Positions 36,303-45,408 of a DNA stretch of 64,000 nt are shown piece after piece (the first letter of the stretch is position 1; every line of letters starts with the position of its first letter). The stretch is from a virus (taxonomy: Duplodnaviria; Heunggongvirae; Uroviricota; Caudoviricetes): the IMG/VR virus record IMGVR_UViG_3300046499_000850. The stretch is one strand, 5' to 3'. The notes beneath the pieces were generated by a model, which saw only the letters and a program-made list of their open reading frames with translations, made no database searches and had not been told where the DNA came from. The position numbers and the translations under genes are program-made.

Positions 36303-36619
36303 TCAGTGCCAAAGAAGCGCGTCTTTTGTCCGAAGACGCGAAAGTCGATATCACTTCGATTCTGGAAAAGCTAGATCGCCGCATCGCTACTTCAGCGGCG
36401 CATGGTCACGATTCGCTGGAGTGTAGTGAAGAAGGTACTGAGGTGGCGACGTACGACGCACATCCCCCCGAACGGCAAAGCTGTCCGGCCACCGTTAAGC
36501 GCCTGATCACCGAACTCGAACGGCTCGGTTACAAGTGGCGTTGGGCATCGGTTCAAGGACCGTACAGAGTCGAACCTTTCACGCCAGGTACAATCTATCG
36601 CCTCGTCATTAACTGGTGA
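36299..36619 (+). CDS. hypothetical protein (106 aa)
   Basis: ATGA overlap. Confidence 0.45.
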   Translation: MISAKEARLLSEDAKVDITSILEKLDRRIATSAAHGHDSLECSEEGTEVATYDAHPPERQSCPATVKRLITELERLGYKWRWASVQGPYRVEPFTPGTIYRLVINW

Positions 36620-36626
36620 GCACAAG

Positions 36627-36704
36627 GCCGGTATAGCTCCTAATTGGTAGAGCAGCGGATTTGTAATCCGATGGTTGGGAGTTCGAATCTCTCTACCGGC
36701 ACCA
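36627..36704 (+). tRNA. tRNA-Thr (UGU)
   Basis: acceptor gccggta/taccggc perfect, anticodon loop tttgtaa, T-arm gggag-ttcgaat-ctctc, encoded CCA. Confidence 0.8.
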
Positions 36705-36721
36705 TTTATAATAAGGCAAAC

Positions 36722-36925
36722 ATGTTCGCTTTTATCTATTTCTTTTGCGCAATCATCTCGTTGGTGGAATTCATCACCGGCTGGGACAAAGCCCGTAACA
36801 AACTCAAGAGTATTGCTGGATGTGTGATCGCGCTCATTCCACTGCTCAACCTCATCATGGCCATCGCTGTTATCACACACCGGTGGCCGAAGATCAAAGC
36901 CTGGACCGTCAAGTATTTCGGCTAA
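36722..36925 (+). CDS. small membrane protein (67 aa)
   Basis: first ATG after tRNA within ORF 36644..36925. Confidence 0.35.
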   Translation: MFAFIYFFCAIISLVEFITGWDKARNKLKSIAGCVIALIPLLNLIMAIAVITHRWPKIKAWTVKYFG

Positions 36926-37971
36926 CGTTCAATGGGTTTAGTCTGGATCGTCCGCGGGTCGCATTGTCCATACAGGCGGTATCGCACCGCAGAAACAAGT
37001 GTCTTGACTTCTAAGGTCACCTTACTAAACCCACCCTTTAAGAACCCGTGTTTACACTCGAAGTAAGAACTGCATTAAGACTTGCCTTCGTCTGGCTTTA
37101 CATTTGCAGCTATCCCTCTCGCGGAGGTTTGAGGGACGTACCTAACATGGGTTCTTTCTTATTTCAAATAACCGTACTGATGAGCCGTGGAAGTCGGCCG
37201 CTAGCCTAGCTAGCCAAGGTTGCAAACCCTTCGAAACGGCGCAAGCTGTATGCGGATGGCCCCTCACAATGGAGGCTGTCCCCATGTCACCCCACTACCA
37301 ACAGGGACGGGACTTGATGTGGGTACCCGGCAGTAGCTGATGACAAGGCTGCTTAAATTGTGCGGCTATTTCAAACTGGGCGTACCCCTGTCAAGGGTTC
37401 GACCCCCGCTGGTAGCAAGTTGTGCGATAGTCTGTGCTGGACTTGTAACCGCAAGGAACTTGTTCTTCGTGACGCGATCGAAAGATCATTGTGCAGCCGT
37501 TGGTCTGTCTTTGGGGTTGTGGCCACAATCCGTGAAGAATTCCATCGTGGAATGGCGAGAGGAAGGGACATCGCGCCCGGCCGTGGATGGCGGACCTTCC
37601 TCTCACTTCCTTCTAGTTAACTTAGCCGGACTCTAATTCAGAAAGCATCTACCGGAAACAAAGAGCCGGTTAAGGATGGGAAGAATGAACGCCTAGAAGG
37701 AAGCACATGACTAAGGCAGGTGCGGGTCGACACGCATGGCTGTATGAAAGTGTGTGGGTATCTAGGACGGGGCATGGTTCGAATCCATGGCGTCCGGCTA
37801 AGTTAACTGTTTAGAAAGTACTTACAGGGTGGGGCAAAGGTACGGAAGGATCAGATCCGTGCTACGTAACCACAATACTGGATTGATCCTCTGGTATGTT
37901 GGTGGACCGTCACGACGGTGCCGCCACCCTGTAAGTACTTTTATGCCGTCAATTTTTTAGAGAGTGCAGAA
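36926..37971 (+). ncRNA. about 1-kb structured non-coding region with tRNA-like T-arm (37765-37789), AA*-ending mini-ORF and 18-bp perfect inverted repeat (37815-37832 / 37924-37941); candidate tmRNA-like or other large ncRNA
   Basis: ggacgggg-catgg-ttcgaat-ccatg; gca gta gct gat gac aag gct gct taa at 37330-37356; no credible CDS. Confidence 0.35.
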
Positions 37972-38865
37972 ATGTGGAAATGGTTGATGCGTGTACTGAG
38001 CGGCAAAGAACCACTGGCAAACACCAAGAGTCTCCGAATCGAACACTTGGTAGATCGTCAAACCCAGACTGTCGAAGAAGGTGGTGTGGGTGTTCAAGTA
38101 GGCGGTGATTTGGTACAACCAAAACCATCGTCGGGCGGTAAAGGGGCTCCGTATATGACCCCCATCTCTTCACTTTCTACCCAACGTTCGCGCAGTCTGG
38201 AAGAACTCGGTATTCGGGCATCCCGTGGTCCGATCGATTCCGAGGCTACACGCCGCTCTATCGAGCGGTTCAAACAAACCCAAGCTTTAAGCGATAGCGC
38301 CCGCCAAGCAGCGCTCGAACATATCAAACGGAGCTCGACGTTCAATCCTGCGCCACCGAGTAATAATGTGTTCAACGCGACACCCCACGTGACCCTGGTT
38401 CCCGGGAGCCGTGCTGCGCAAATTCAAGCGGCCGCAAACGCGGCGGCTCGCGATCAAGCAGACTGGGCTAGGATTCGGGCAGAGCAAGATCGCCAAGACG
38501 CCCTGCGTCGAGCTTTGACTAAAGCGGCTGAGATGAATGCAGCAACCAGTCGCGGCGTTGCTGCTGTTCGTCAGGATCAAGAAGATTATCGCCGTAGGCA
38601 AGAAGAAGAGTTGACACGTCGTCGCCGTGACGACGATGACGCTACTACCCGTAGCCTAATGTTCAGCAACACAAACAACACTGTCGACAACAGTCCGGCA
38701 CCGGCGTACCACCCGCCCGTTCATCATGATCCAGCGCCGTGCCCTGCGCCGTATTACCATCAAGACAACAGTTCGAACCGCCACCCCAGTTGCCCGACCC
38801 CGTCGTATGACAACGGTGGCAGCAACTGGGGTGGCGCCGATCCGAGTCCCTCGAACAACGATTAA
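37972..38865 (+). CDS. hypothetical disordered/low-complexity protein (Ala/Arg/Asp/Pro-rich)
   Basis: RBS agagagtgcagaa-ATG; upstream part of ORF lies in inverted repeat. Confidence 0.45.
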   Translation: MWKWLMRVLSGKEPLANTKSLRIEHLVDRQTQTVEEGGVGVQVGGDLVQPKPSSGGKGAPYMTPISSLSTQRSRSLEELGIRASRGPIDSEATRRSIERFKQTQALSDSARQAALEHIKRSSTFNPAPPSNNVFNATPHVTLVPGSRAAQIQAAANAAARDQADWARIRAEQDRQDALRRALTKAAEMNAATSRGVAAVRQDQEDYRRRQEEELTRRRRDDDDATTRSLMFSNTNNTVDNSPAPAYHPPVHHDPAPCPAPYYHQDNSSNRHPSCPTPSYDNGGSNWGGADPSPSNND

Positions 38866-38876
38866 GCAATAAGAAT

Positions 38877-39110
38877 ATGAACATCGATAATTCTCCCACT
38901 TACTTTGTTGCTGGGATTGCGAACCTGCGCGTGGGGGACCTTTCCTTTGTCCAACATCATCGGGCGACACTGATTGGTCGTGTTAATAAAGTGTGGTCGA
39001 TGGGTGGTGAAATCGCTATCGCCTTCGGTGACAACACCGAACCCACCCACCGCTGGCGTAATAACAAATGGGAAAAGGTAACGTACTTGTCCCTAAGGGG
39101 TCGTTCGTAA
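38877..39110 (+). CDS. hypothetical protein (77 aa)
   Basis: ORF. Confidence 0.4.
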   Translation: MNIDNSPTYFVAGIANLRVGDLSFVQHHRATLIGRVNKVWSMGGEIAIAFGDNTEPTHRWRNNKWEKVTYLSLRGRS

Positions 39111-39145
39111 AGAATTACCTTATTGCCGAATAGTAAGAGCGACAT

Positions 39146-39234
39146 GCCCGGATGGTGAAACTGGTAGACACCCGAGGCTTAAACCCTCGTGCGAATAAAG
39201 TAGCGTGCGGGTTCGATTCCCGCTCCGGGCACCA
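39146..39234 (+). tRNA. tRNA-Leu (UAA), type II
   Basis: acceptor gcccgga/tccgggc, anticodon arm cgagg-cttaaac-cctcg, long variable arm, T-arm gcggg-ttcgatt-cccgc, CCA. Confidence 0.8.
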
Positions 39235-39235
39235 A

Positions 39236-39320
39236 GGGAGTATGGCGGAATTGGTAGACGCCCCGGCCTCAAAATCCGGTGTCGAAAGACGTGCGAGTTC
39301 GAGTCTCGCTACTCCCACCA
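39236..39320 (+). tRNA. tRNA-Leu (CAA), type II
   Basis: acceptor gggagta/tactccc perfect, D-arm gcggaattggtagacgc, loop ctcaaaa, long variable arm, T-arm gcgag-ttcgagt-ctcgc, CCA. Confidence 0.7.
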
Positions 39321-39339
39321 AACATAAAGAGAGAGTGCG

Positions 39340-39555
39340 ATGTGTGAAGCATTAACGATGTGCCCACGCGCTATTTATCCCTCGGACTTGTCCGACAAGC
39401 AGTTACGTGCGCTGCATCGGATCAACAAGAGCAACATTCTTAGCGCGTGGCGCACCAGTGAAGGATTCACGGTTTACCTTGATAGCGCGAAGCCCAATTG
39501 CTATTTTTGGAAGAAATGCCTTTGGGTCGAAGTGAAAGAGGAAGAACATGGGTAA
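39340..39555 (+). CDS. hypothetical Cys-containing small protein (71 aa)
   Basis: RBS aagagagagtgcg-ATG. Confidence 0.45.
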   Translation: MCEALTMCPRAIYPSDLSDKQLRALHRINKSNILSAWRTSEGFTVYLDSAKPNCYFWKKCLWVEVKEEEHG

Positions 39556-39919
39556 GCACATTGTTAACAACCACGTGATTGTCGGAGATGGTCCGGAAGC
39601 CCACTTTGCAACATTGGAAGAATTCGATACATGGTTTGAAGGTTTTCGTAAACGCCACCGACGCCACAATCCCCATGTGACGCTGAGCGTCAAAATGAAT
39701 CGCACGTTATCGAACGTGTTGATGTGGGTGGCGAAGCGCAACCTAGTCCAAGAAAATCTGTCGGTCAAGATCACCCGCAACCAGGTGTTCGAATCGCAAC
39801 CTCCGCCACAATTTAGCACCGTCAGCAGTTCCGACAGTATCAGTCGCGTGCGTGATATGCAGGTGAACAAGATGGCTGTTCTCATCCATCGGTTATACAA
39901 CCCGTTGATTGCAAAATGA
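39548..39919 (+). CDS. hypothetical protein (123 aa)
   Basis: overlapping start. Confidence 0.5.
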   Translation: MGKHIVNNHVIVGDGPEAHFATLEEFDTWFEGFRKRHRRHNPHVTLSVKMNRTLSNVLMWVAKRNLVQENLSVKITRNQVFESQPPPQFSTVSSSDSISRVRDMQVNKMAVLIHRLYNPLIAK

Positions 39920-40299
39920 TCATCAGCTATGACTATAAACGCCTAGTAAACGACATCAAGAAGACCCCCACCCGACGCAAATTCCAGCGCGCGTTTATCG
40001 CGCTCGCTAAAGTACTGCGTGAAAAGTACGTACCAATCAAACATGGCGGTAACGCTGGCGGCGATTGTCCGGGTGACAAAGGATCTACGCTGTTGTACTG
40101 GGATGTCGGTTTGCATTATTGTGACATCGAAGTCAACGCGTCCGGCAAGACTTACTCGGTGTTCATCAAACAGTGCAAACATCCCCAGTTCGTCCATTCC
40201 GAAAAAGAATGGTTCTTCGAGAGTGTGACCCTGGAAGAGTTCAGTGAAGATTGGCTAACCCGTTTACTCGTGCCTTTCCGGAAGAAAGAAGATGAATAA
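39916..40299 (+). CDS. hypothetical protein (127 aa)
   Basis: ATGA overlap. Confidence 0.5.
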   Translation: MIISYDYKRLVNDIKKTPTRRKFQRAFIALAKVLREKYVPIKHGGNAGGDCPGDKGSTLLYWDVGLHYCDIEVNASGKTYSVFIKQCKHPQFVHSEKEWFFESVTLEEFSEDWLTRLLVPFRKKEDE

Positions 40300-40639
40300 T
40301 ACTGGACCGCAACCTTTATCTGAGGTTGAGCGTGAAACAGCGAAGAAAGTTTTCAAAGAGCAGTACAATATTGACGATTCCGTAATTGGGAAAATTATCA
40401 ACGATATTGCATTGCTAGCATATTCGAAAGGTGTGGCCGACACCACAAAGCAAATTGCGGATGCAGCTCCGGATTGGTACCCAGAGTTACCTCAACCGGC
40501 GATTGCTCTTAGTTTCCTCAACAGTTCTGCAAAGTATTACGGTAGCGCACAGATGTATTTGTACGCCCAGGCGGCGGTTGGCGCCTATGCCGACAACCAC
40601 TCTCCTGTAGAGACAGTGTTACGGTCTCGGACGGATTAA
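40292..40639 (+). CDS. hypothetical protein (115 aa)
   Basis: overlapping start. Confidence 0.45.
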   Translation: MNNTGPQPLSEVERETAKKVFKEQYNIDDSVIGKIINDIALLAYSKGVADTTKQIADAAPDWYPELPQPAIALSFLNSSAKYYGSAQMYLYAQAAVGAYADNHSPVETVLRSRTD

Positions 40640-40653
40640 ATCGAGCGAATAAA

Positions 40654-41025
40654 ATGTCCAACAAAACAAAAGCGCCAGCGTATTTTTATCGTCCCATGGG
40701 TTACGAAGAAGCGGAACAATCGGGTGTGATGATGTACCGTGACTCCAGTATGCCGGAGGATGTCTGGCACGCGCTACCGCACGCCATTGATCGCTTGATC
40801 GGCCACCTGATGTCTGTCACTGGTGACAAAACGATCGGTCTGTTCTTGGATGCCATTGGCATTGAGAGTGCCTCTGTGACTAGAGTGCGTCAAGGGAAAC
40901 AAGACATCCCTGAGAAGTGGCTGGTCTGGATGTCGAGTTACAGCGGTCTGGGTTTGCGTGCGTTATATGAGATCAGTGGGTTGGAACCGAGCATACCGCG
41001 GTTCGACGCCCACAGGTACACCTAA
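40654..41025 (+). CDS. hypothetical protein, paralogue family C (with 29651..30028)
   Basis: YFYRPMGY...YRDSSMPEDVWHALPHAIDRL...VTRVRQGKQDIPEKWLVWMSSYSGL. Confidence 0.55.
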   Translation: MSNKTKAPAYFYRPMGYEEAEQSGVMMYRDSSMPEDVWHALPHAIDRLIGHLMSVTGDKTIGLFLDAIGIESASVTRVRQGKQDIPEKWLVWMSSYSGLGLRALYEISGLEPSIPRFDAHRYT

Positions 41026-41182
41026 GGGGAGCGCCATTAGCAAACAATGCACCTGCAAGTGTTCCCATTGCATCAAGATGGGAAACGTGCCCAAGAAGAA
41101 GTCGTAGTCTGTAGTAAGTAGTACTGGTTGTATCAGTGGAGATGGCGGGATCGAAAATCGTCCAACTTTCACTGAGAAAACC

Positions 41183-41746
41183 ATGAAGAAAATCAAGTCG
41201 TTGTTTCAACGTAATTACGATGGCGACCGCCAAGTCCGTAACGAAGTCGTTCCTGGTTCGGAATGGGTGACCCTTGGAGAGGGTTACGCTACCCGGAAAT
41301 GGGATGGCATGGCAGTTAAGTTAGAGAACGGGCAGTTCTTTAAACGGTACGATGCCAAAACGGGGCGTACACCTCCGCCCGACTTTCAGCCTGCTCAACC
41401 CTTGCCTGATCCGGAAACGGGCCATTGGCCGGGTTGGGTGCCATTGCAAGGTAAAGAACTCAAGCGTGTCATGGAAGCCTACCGCCAATCTGGTGTGTCG
41501 GAAGAAGGCACGTTCGAATTCTGTGGTCCAACGATTGGTACGCGTCACGGCGCCAATCCGGAAAACCTCACCGAACACATTTTGGTACCGCACGGGCAGG
41601 AAATACTGTCCAACTGTCCGCGCGATTTCGATGGATTGAAAACGTTCTTGGGGGAACGAAATATCGAAGGGGTTGTGTGGTGGCATCCCGATGGCCGTCG
41701 GGTCAAAATCAAGGCTGCTGACTTCGGTATTCAGCGGCGGCACTAG
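41183..41746 (+). CDS. small covalent-nucleotidyltransferase (ATP-dependent RNA/DNA ligase-like) protein
   Basis: TRKWDGMAV (KxDG motif I), EGVVWWHPDG (motif IV-like), RVKIK (motif V-like); only 187 aa. Confidence 0.45.
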   Translation: MKKIKSLFQRNYDGDRQVRNEVVPGSEWVTLGEGYATRKWDGMAVKLENGQFFKRYDAKTGRTPPPDFQPAQPLPDPETGHWPGWVPLQGKELKRVMEAYRQSGVSEEGTFEFCGPTIGTRHGANPENLTEHILVPHGQEILSNCPRDFDGLKTFLGERNIEGVVWWHPDGRRVKIKAADFGIQRRH

Positions 41747-41820
41747 AGGAGTTGTTATGTTCTATATGTCCCACGTGGTTTGCTCACTGATGCGTAGATT
41801 ACCTACGCTAAGGAGGAACC

Positions 41821-42129
41821 ATGAGCAAAACCATCCGCAGGAAAAACGGCCACGATCTTAACTACGCGATCCGCGATCGTAACTATACTGACACCCGTCT
41901 TGGTGGCGCATACTACCACCCGTGCACGCTCGAAGGTAAAAAGCGTCGTCAGGCGATTGCGCGTTACCATAGCGATATGCGTGTCGGCTGGTCGGCACCG
42001 AGCTTCGATCGCAAGATCGAGCATGCGGCCCACCGCGCCCGCGCTAGCCAAGAAATCGTCCGTTACTATAAGGACGACGAGCACGAGGTGCAAATCCTCG
42101 CCAACCCGCGTTGGCCGTATTGGAACTAA
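41821..42129 (+). CDS. hypothetical basic protein (102 aa)
   Basis: strong RBS taaggaggaacc-ATG. Confidence 0.5.
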   Translation: MSKTIRRKNGHDLNYAIRDRNYTDTRLGGAYYHPCTLEGKKRRQAIARYHSDMRVGWSAPSFDRKIEHAAHRARASQEIVRYYKDDEHEVQILANPRWPYWN

Positions 42130-42135
42130 TAGAGT

Positions 42136-42170
42136 CCCCATGAGGCGTTAAGCCTCATGGGGGTTTTATG
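42136..42170 (+). terminator. intrinsic terminator (ccccatgaggc-gtta-agcctcatgggg + gttttatg)
   Basis: perfect 11-bp stem and T-run. Confidence 0.75.
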
Positions 42171-42308
42171 CCGTCAAAAAAGTTCAAGACTATATCACCA
42201 ATAGGAGAGAATGCTCTCCATGTATTATGTTGTTAAATATCTCACAAGAAATTTTCTGGTAATCTTTGATCCGTGACATGTATGTAGTGAGAGAAAAGGA
42301 GTTTAAGC

Positions 42309-42740
42309 ATGTCAACATCGCATTTTACTCCTGCACGCATCATCATCAGTAGCGATGGTTGGGTCGAGAGACTGAGGTTTTTTCTCCCTTACCTGACGAC
42401 CGATCTAGACGAAGCGCTGCGCGGGATTCTGTACGCTGTGGTCGAATCCGTACGCTATCGCGACAAAGCGATGCGTGAAATCGTGACCATGGTCAAAGCG
42501 TTAGAACGCAATCTGGACTATGGCGTTTCAGTCAAAGCGGAGATTGTCCATACCGTCAAAGAACTGGCCAAAGAAGTTTACTTTCAAGTGGAAGGCTTAC
42601 ATCTCTACAACGATCGAGGCGTATTGATGTACACCTACTTCTGGAACCCAGAACCCACCTTTGATGACATTATCCTCATCCCCATTGGCTTACTTACCTA
42701 CAACCCTTCAATTCCCTGCTATGAACCACGCCCCTATTAG
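42309..42740 (+). CDS. hypothetical protein (143 aa)
   Basis: RBS gagaaaaggagtttaagc-ATG. Confidence 0.5.
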   Translation: MSTSHFTPARIIISSDGWVERLRFFLPYLTTDLDEALRGILYAVVESVRYRDKAMREIVTMVKALERNLDYGVSVKAEIVHTVKELAKEVYFQVEGLHLYNDRGVLMYTYFWNPEPTFDDIILIPIGLLTYNPSIPCYEPRPY

Positions 42741-43293
42741 GGTTCGTCCGCACAGCGTGTTCATCTTGGATCTTGAACCGCAACTCGGCGAACTACAAAA
42801 CGTCTTGGTCGACTACTGCGATGATTTCTCACTAGTCGGTGAAATCAACATACTGCTCACCACCATCAACTTACTGGGTACCTCGTACGCAGTCGAAGAA
42901 GCGGTGGAGGCGATGGAGATCCATGTAAACGCTTTTTGTAATTACGAACATACCCCGTACAAAACCGATCGCTTACGCCATTCGATCCGGGTGTTTATGC
43001 GTGAGATGCATCGCATCTTCAATGAATGTCAGATGTACGGTCCCGATGACCGGATGGCCTACGTCTTCGCTGGATGGCATGGTCCGTTCTCGCCGATCTT
43101 TGCGCCACGCAAGTACGTGGAGTACTGGCCCCAAGCCCGTTCCGGTACCGTGCACAGTGAACCCTACGGCACAAACGCGCTGGACATTTTTCAATTGATC
43201 AACGACCCAGACGCCTACCACCGTCTGTACAACTTCTCGCTGCGCGACAAGGCAGACTTCGAACTGATGCAACGAGAAATTCTGCCCTTTTAG
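42721..43293 (+). CDS. hypothetical protein (190 aa); start uncertain
   Basis: internal ATG of ORF 42661..43293 overlapping upstream stop. Confidence 0.45.
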   Translation: MNHAPIRVRPHSVFILDLEPQLGELQNVLVDYCDDFSLVGEINILLTTINLLGTSYAVEEAVEAMEIHVNAFCNYEHTPYKTDRLRHSIRVFMREMHRIFNECQMYGPDDRMAYVFAGWHGPFSPIFAPRKYVEYWPQARSGTVHSEPYGTNALDIFQLINDPDAYHRLYNFSLRDKADFELMQREILPF

Positions 43294-43304
43294 TTTATCC
43301 GTTT

Positions 43305-43341
43305 GGGTGACGTAGCGGCAACAACGTCACCACTTTTTTGC
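43305..43341 (+). terminator. intrinsic terminator (ggtgacg...cgtcacc + cttttttg) followed by AT-rich promoter-like region
   Basis: 7-bp stem and T-run; downstream AT-rich 140 nt. Confidence 0.6.
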
Positions 43342-43482
43342 AAGTATCCTTTTTCGCTTGCGTGACCAGCTTTCTAAGTCGTAATGCTTAGAAACATTAA
43401 AATATTAAAGAACTCTAGTATTGAGTTTTTTATCGAGTATAAATATAGGTTGCCGAAAGAGGCACACCAATGAGAGGTTATC

Positions 43483-43857
43483 ATGACTGAATCCCCGATG
43501 AAGAAGATTGCAACGCCCGTTTTCATGCGCTCGATGCATCGTACGTGGACAAATGCTTCTGGCCGCATCGTCACCGCTCAACAGGAAGCACCGAAAGCCC
43601 CAACGGTTAAAACGGTCAAGTGGGAAGCCAGCGTGGTGGATACCGCAACCGATCACCCTATCGAGTCGTACCCGACCCTGACTGGCGAAACCACCGTTAC
43701 CAGTGATGTGGACAGTGACCGTGAAGTTACGACTGCCTACATTAACAAATGTCGTTTCGTTGATGGCGAGAAGCCAAATGTGACATTGTTGCAACAAAAC
43801 CTCAACGCCGGGCTCTGGGACATTGACATTAAAACAGATGAGCCCGTAACAGCATAG
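43483..43857 (+). CDS. hypothetical protein (124 aa)
   Basis: RBS gagagg; follows AT-rich region. Confidence 0.5.
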   Translation: MTESPMKKIATPVFMRSMHRTWTNASGRIVTAQQEAPKAPTVKTVKWEASVVDTATDHPIESYPTLTGETTVTSDVDSDREVTTAYINKCRFVDGEKPNVTLLQQNLNAGLWDIDIKTDEPVTA

Positions 43858-43876
43858 TGAAAGGTCGGTAACCGTA

Positions 43877-43923
43877 CCCGCCTAGCTTCGGCTAGGTGGG
43901 AATATGCCTTCAATTCTTTTTTT
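43877..43923 (+). terminator. intrinsic terminator (cccgcctagc-ttcg-gctaggtggg, T-run 15 nt downstream)
   Basis: 10-bp stem. Confidence 0.55.
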
Positions 43924-44019
43924 ATAGCAAATCTCCATCTTGTTGACAGAGCGGCGCTAGATAAATTAAGTGCTATATTACCATGGTGATACACGTTCGC
44001 GTATCACAACCCTTTCCTT

Positions 44020-44031
44020 TATAATCAACAA
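44020..44031 (+). promoter_or_regulatory. TATAATCAACAA promoter-like motif
   Basis: cctttcctttataatcaacaaaaaactcattcacgact-ATG. Confidence 0.5.
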
Positions 44032-44048
44032 AAAACTCATTCACGACT

Positions 44049-44666
44049 ATGGCTGGTAACTCGAAAAAATCCCGTAAGGCTGCAACCTCGCAAACCCAAC
44101 CGAAACGTCTGGCGGCTCAAGTCAGTCAAGCGGTGCAACACCCCCAAGCACGGCGGATCTTCGGTAACTTCCTGAAACCGGATAGCTTCGTTACCAACGC
44201 CAGTAAGATGGCGCTCACGAGCTTGAAGAAGATCGTGGACGGCGCCGGAAACTTCCATGACTGGAATAACCTGATGGTGCGGATGTATGCCGGTTCGATC
44301 TCGTACGCCGATTACTTCAAACCGGATGACGGTATCGGCCAATCGTTTAACCGCGCGGTCGCGTCGTTGCAACTCATCATGGTGCGGACGCACTGCACCG
44401 GTATCGATGGCTTCGCCATGCGACCAACCGAGATGGACCGCATTGTCGACGCACTGAGTGTATTTGACACCATGACACACTACATGCGTCCGGAAGAAGT
44501 GATGAGCGCGTACAACAATGCCGGCTATTACCTGGACGACATCGTCAAAGCCAACAAGAAGGCGAGCGACCTGCACGATCAGCGCCAAGCCATGGCCAAG
44601 CAACTCGCTACCGAGTACGCCGAAGTCGCCGACAAACCGGTGGAGTTCTTGGAGCAGGCTGCGTAG
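44049..44666 (+). CDS. hypothetical protein (205 aa)
   Basis: ORF downstream of promoter motif. Confidence 0.55.
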   Translation: MAGNSKKSRKAATSQTQPKRLAAQVSQAVQHPQARRIFGNFLKPDSFVTNASKMALTSLKKIVDGAGNFHDWNNLMVRMYAGSISYADYFKPDDGIGQSFNRAVASLQLIMVRTHCTGIDGFAMRPTEMDRIVDALSVFDTMTHYMRPEEVMSAYNNAGYYLDDIVKANKKASDLHDQRQAMAKQLATEYAEVADKPVEFLEQAA

Positions 44667-44675
44667 GAGACAGTA

Positions 44676-44957
44676 ATGTATAAAGTTGGTGAAGTCTATG
44701 TTTGGCAAAACCAATCGGGCATTAATGCATACTTGAACGGCACCGAATGCGCGGTAACCCAAGGTCCCGATCCATTCTTTTGTGAAACTGAAAAGAAGAT
44801 CGTGGATGGTTGGGATACCGATAGCCCCTTACCTCCTGGTGTCAGTAGTGATCTCGTTATGGTGGCGTTCGAGGGCGATCTGCGCCCCAAAGAACCACCT
44901 AGTGGTGAGAAGTCGATTCTGAACCTTTTCAAGCAACCTATGCTGGAGCCCGCATGA
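44676..44957 (+). CDS. hypothetical protein (93 aa)
   Basis: RBS taggagacagta-ATG. Confidence 0.5.
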   Translation: MYKVGEVYVWQNQSGINAYLNGTECAVTQGPDPFFCETEKKIVDGWDTDSPLPPGVSSDLVMVAFEGDLRPKEPPSGEKSILNLFKQPMLEPA

Positions 44958-45295
44958 CTGTAATTGGTTATGAAGTAACGATGTGTCTTTGGGTAGAGTG
45001 TTCGGACACGCAACACATCCTTCTTTCGCCGCAAGAGTACACCTTCGACATACAGCCGCCGATGTGGTCGCGTGATGACGATGTGTCGCTGGAAATGTCT
45101 TTGGATCACCAAGCCAAAATGAAGTTCTTAGTGGAGCTGCGTAAACGTGCCAAAGACGACACCACGATCGAACGCTTTACCCGCTATAACCAATTCTTGA
45201 TCCGCGGCATGATTAAACGTTGGTTGTCACCTGCCGACAGCAACGGCCAACGCCGTGAAAAGGTGTTTGACAACGACAAACTGCATAGCGCATAA
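44954..45295 (+). CDS. hypothetical protein (113 aa)
   Basis: ATGA overlap. Confidence 0.5.
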   Translation: MTVIGYEVTMCLWVECSDTQHILLSPQEYTFDIQPPMWSRDDDVSLEMSLDHQAKMKFLVELRKRAKDDTTIERFTRYNQFLIRGMIKRWLSPADSNGQRREKVFDNDKLHSA

Positions 45296-45296
45296 A

Positions 45297-45330
45297 GACC
45301 CCCTCTAGGCTGATGCCTAGAGGGAAGTAT
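45297..45330 (+). terminator. hairpin ccctctaggc-tgat-gcctagaggg, weak T-run
   Basis: 10-bp perfect stem. Confidence 0.4.
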
Positions 45331-45386
45331 GCCCTTAGTAGAAAAGAATCCGCAGCTTTTAAGCTATGGCTTAAACCCTCAACTTT

Positions 45387-45398
45387 TATAATCAACAA
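45387..45398 (+). promoter_or_regulatory. TATAATCAACAA promoter-like motif
   Basis: aacttttataatcaacaattaaaatatc-ATG. Confidence 0.5.
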
Positions 45399-45408
45399 TT
45401 AAAATATC

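Noticed and set aside
37918-37971. Upstream 18 codons of ORF 37918..38865
   Set aside because: They lie inside the 18-bp inverted repeat. An RBS (agagag) precedes the ATG at 37972, so the shorter start was chosen.
36926-37971. Standard one-piece tmRNA call
   Set aside because: No acceptor-stem pairing between a GGGG-type 5' end and the sequence after the T-arm, and no encoded CCA. The region is reported only as a tmRNA-like or large ncRNA candidate.
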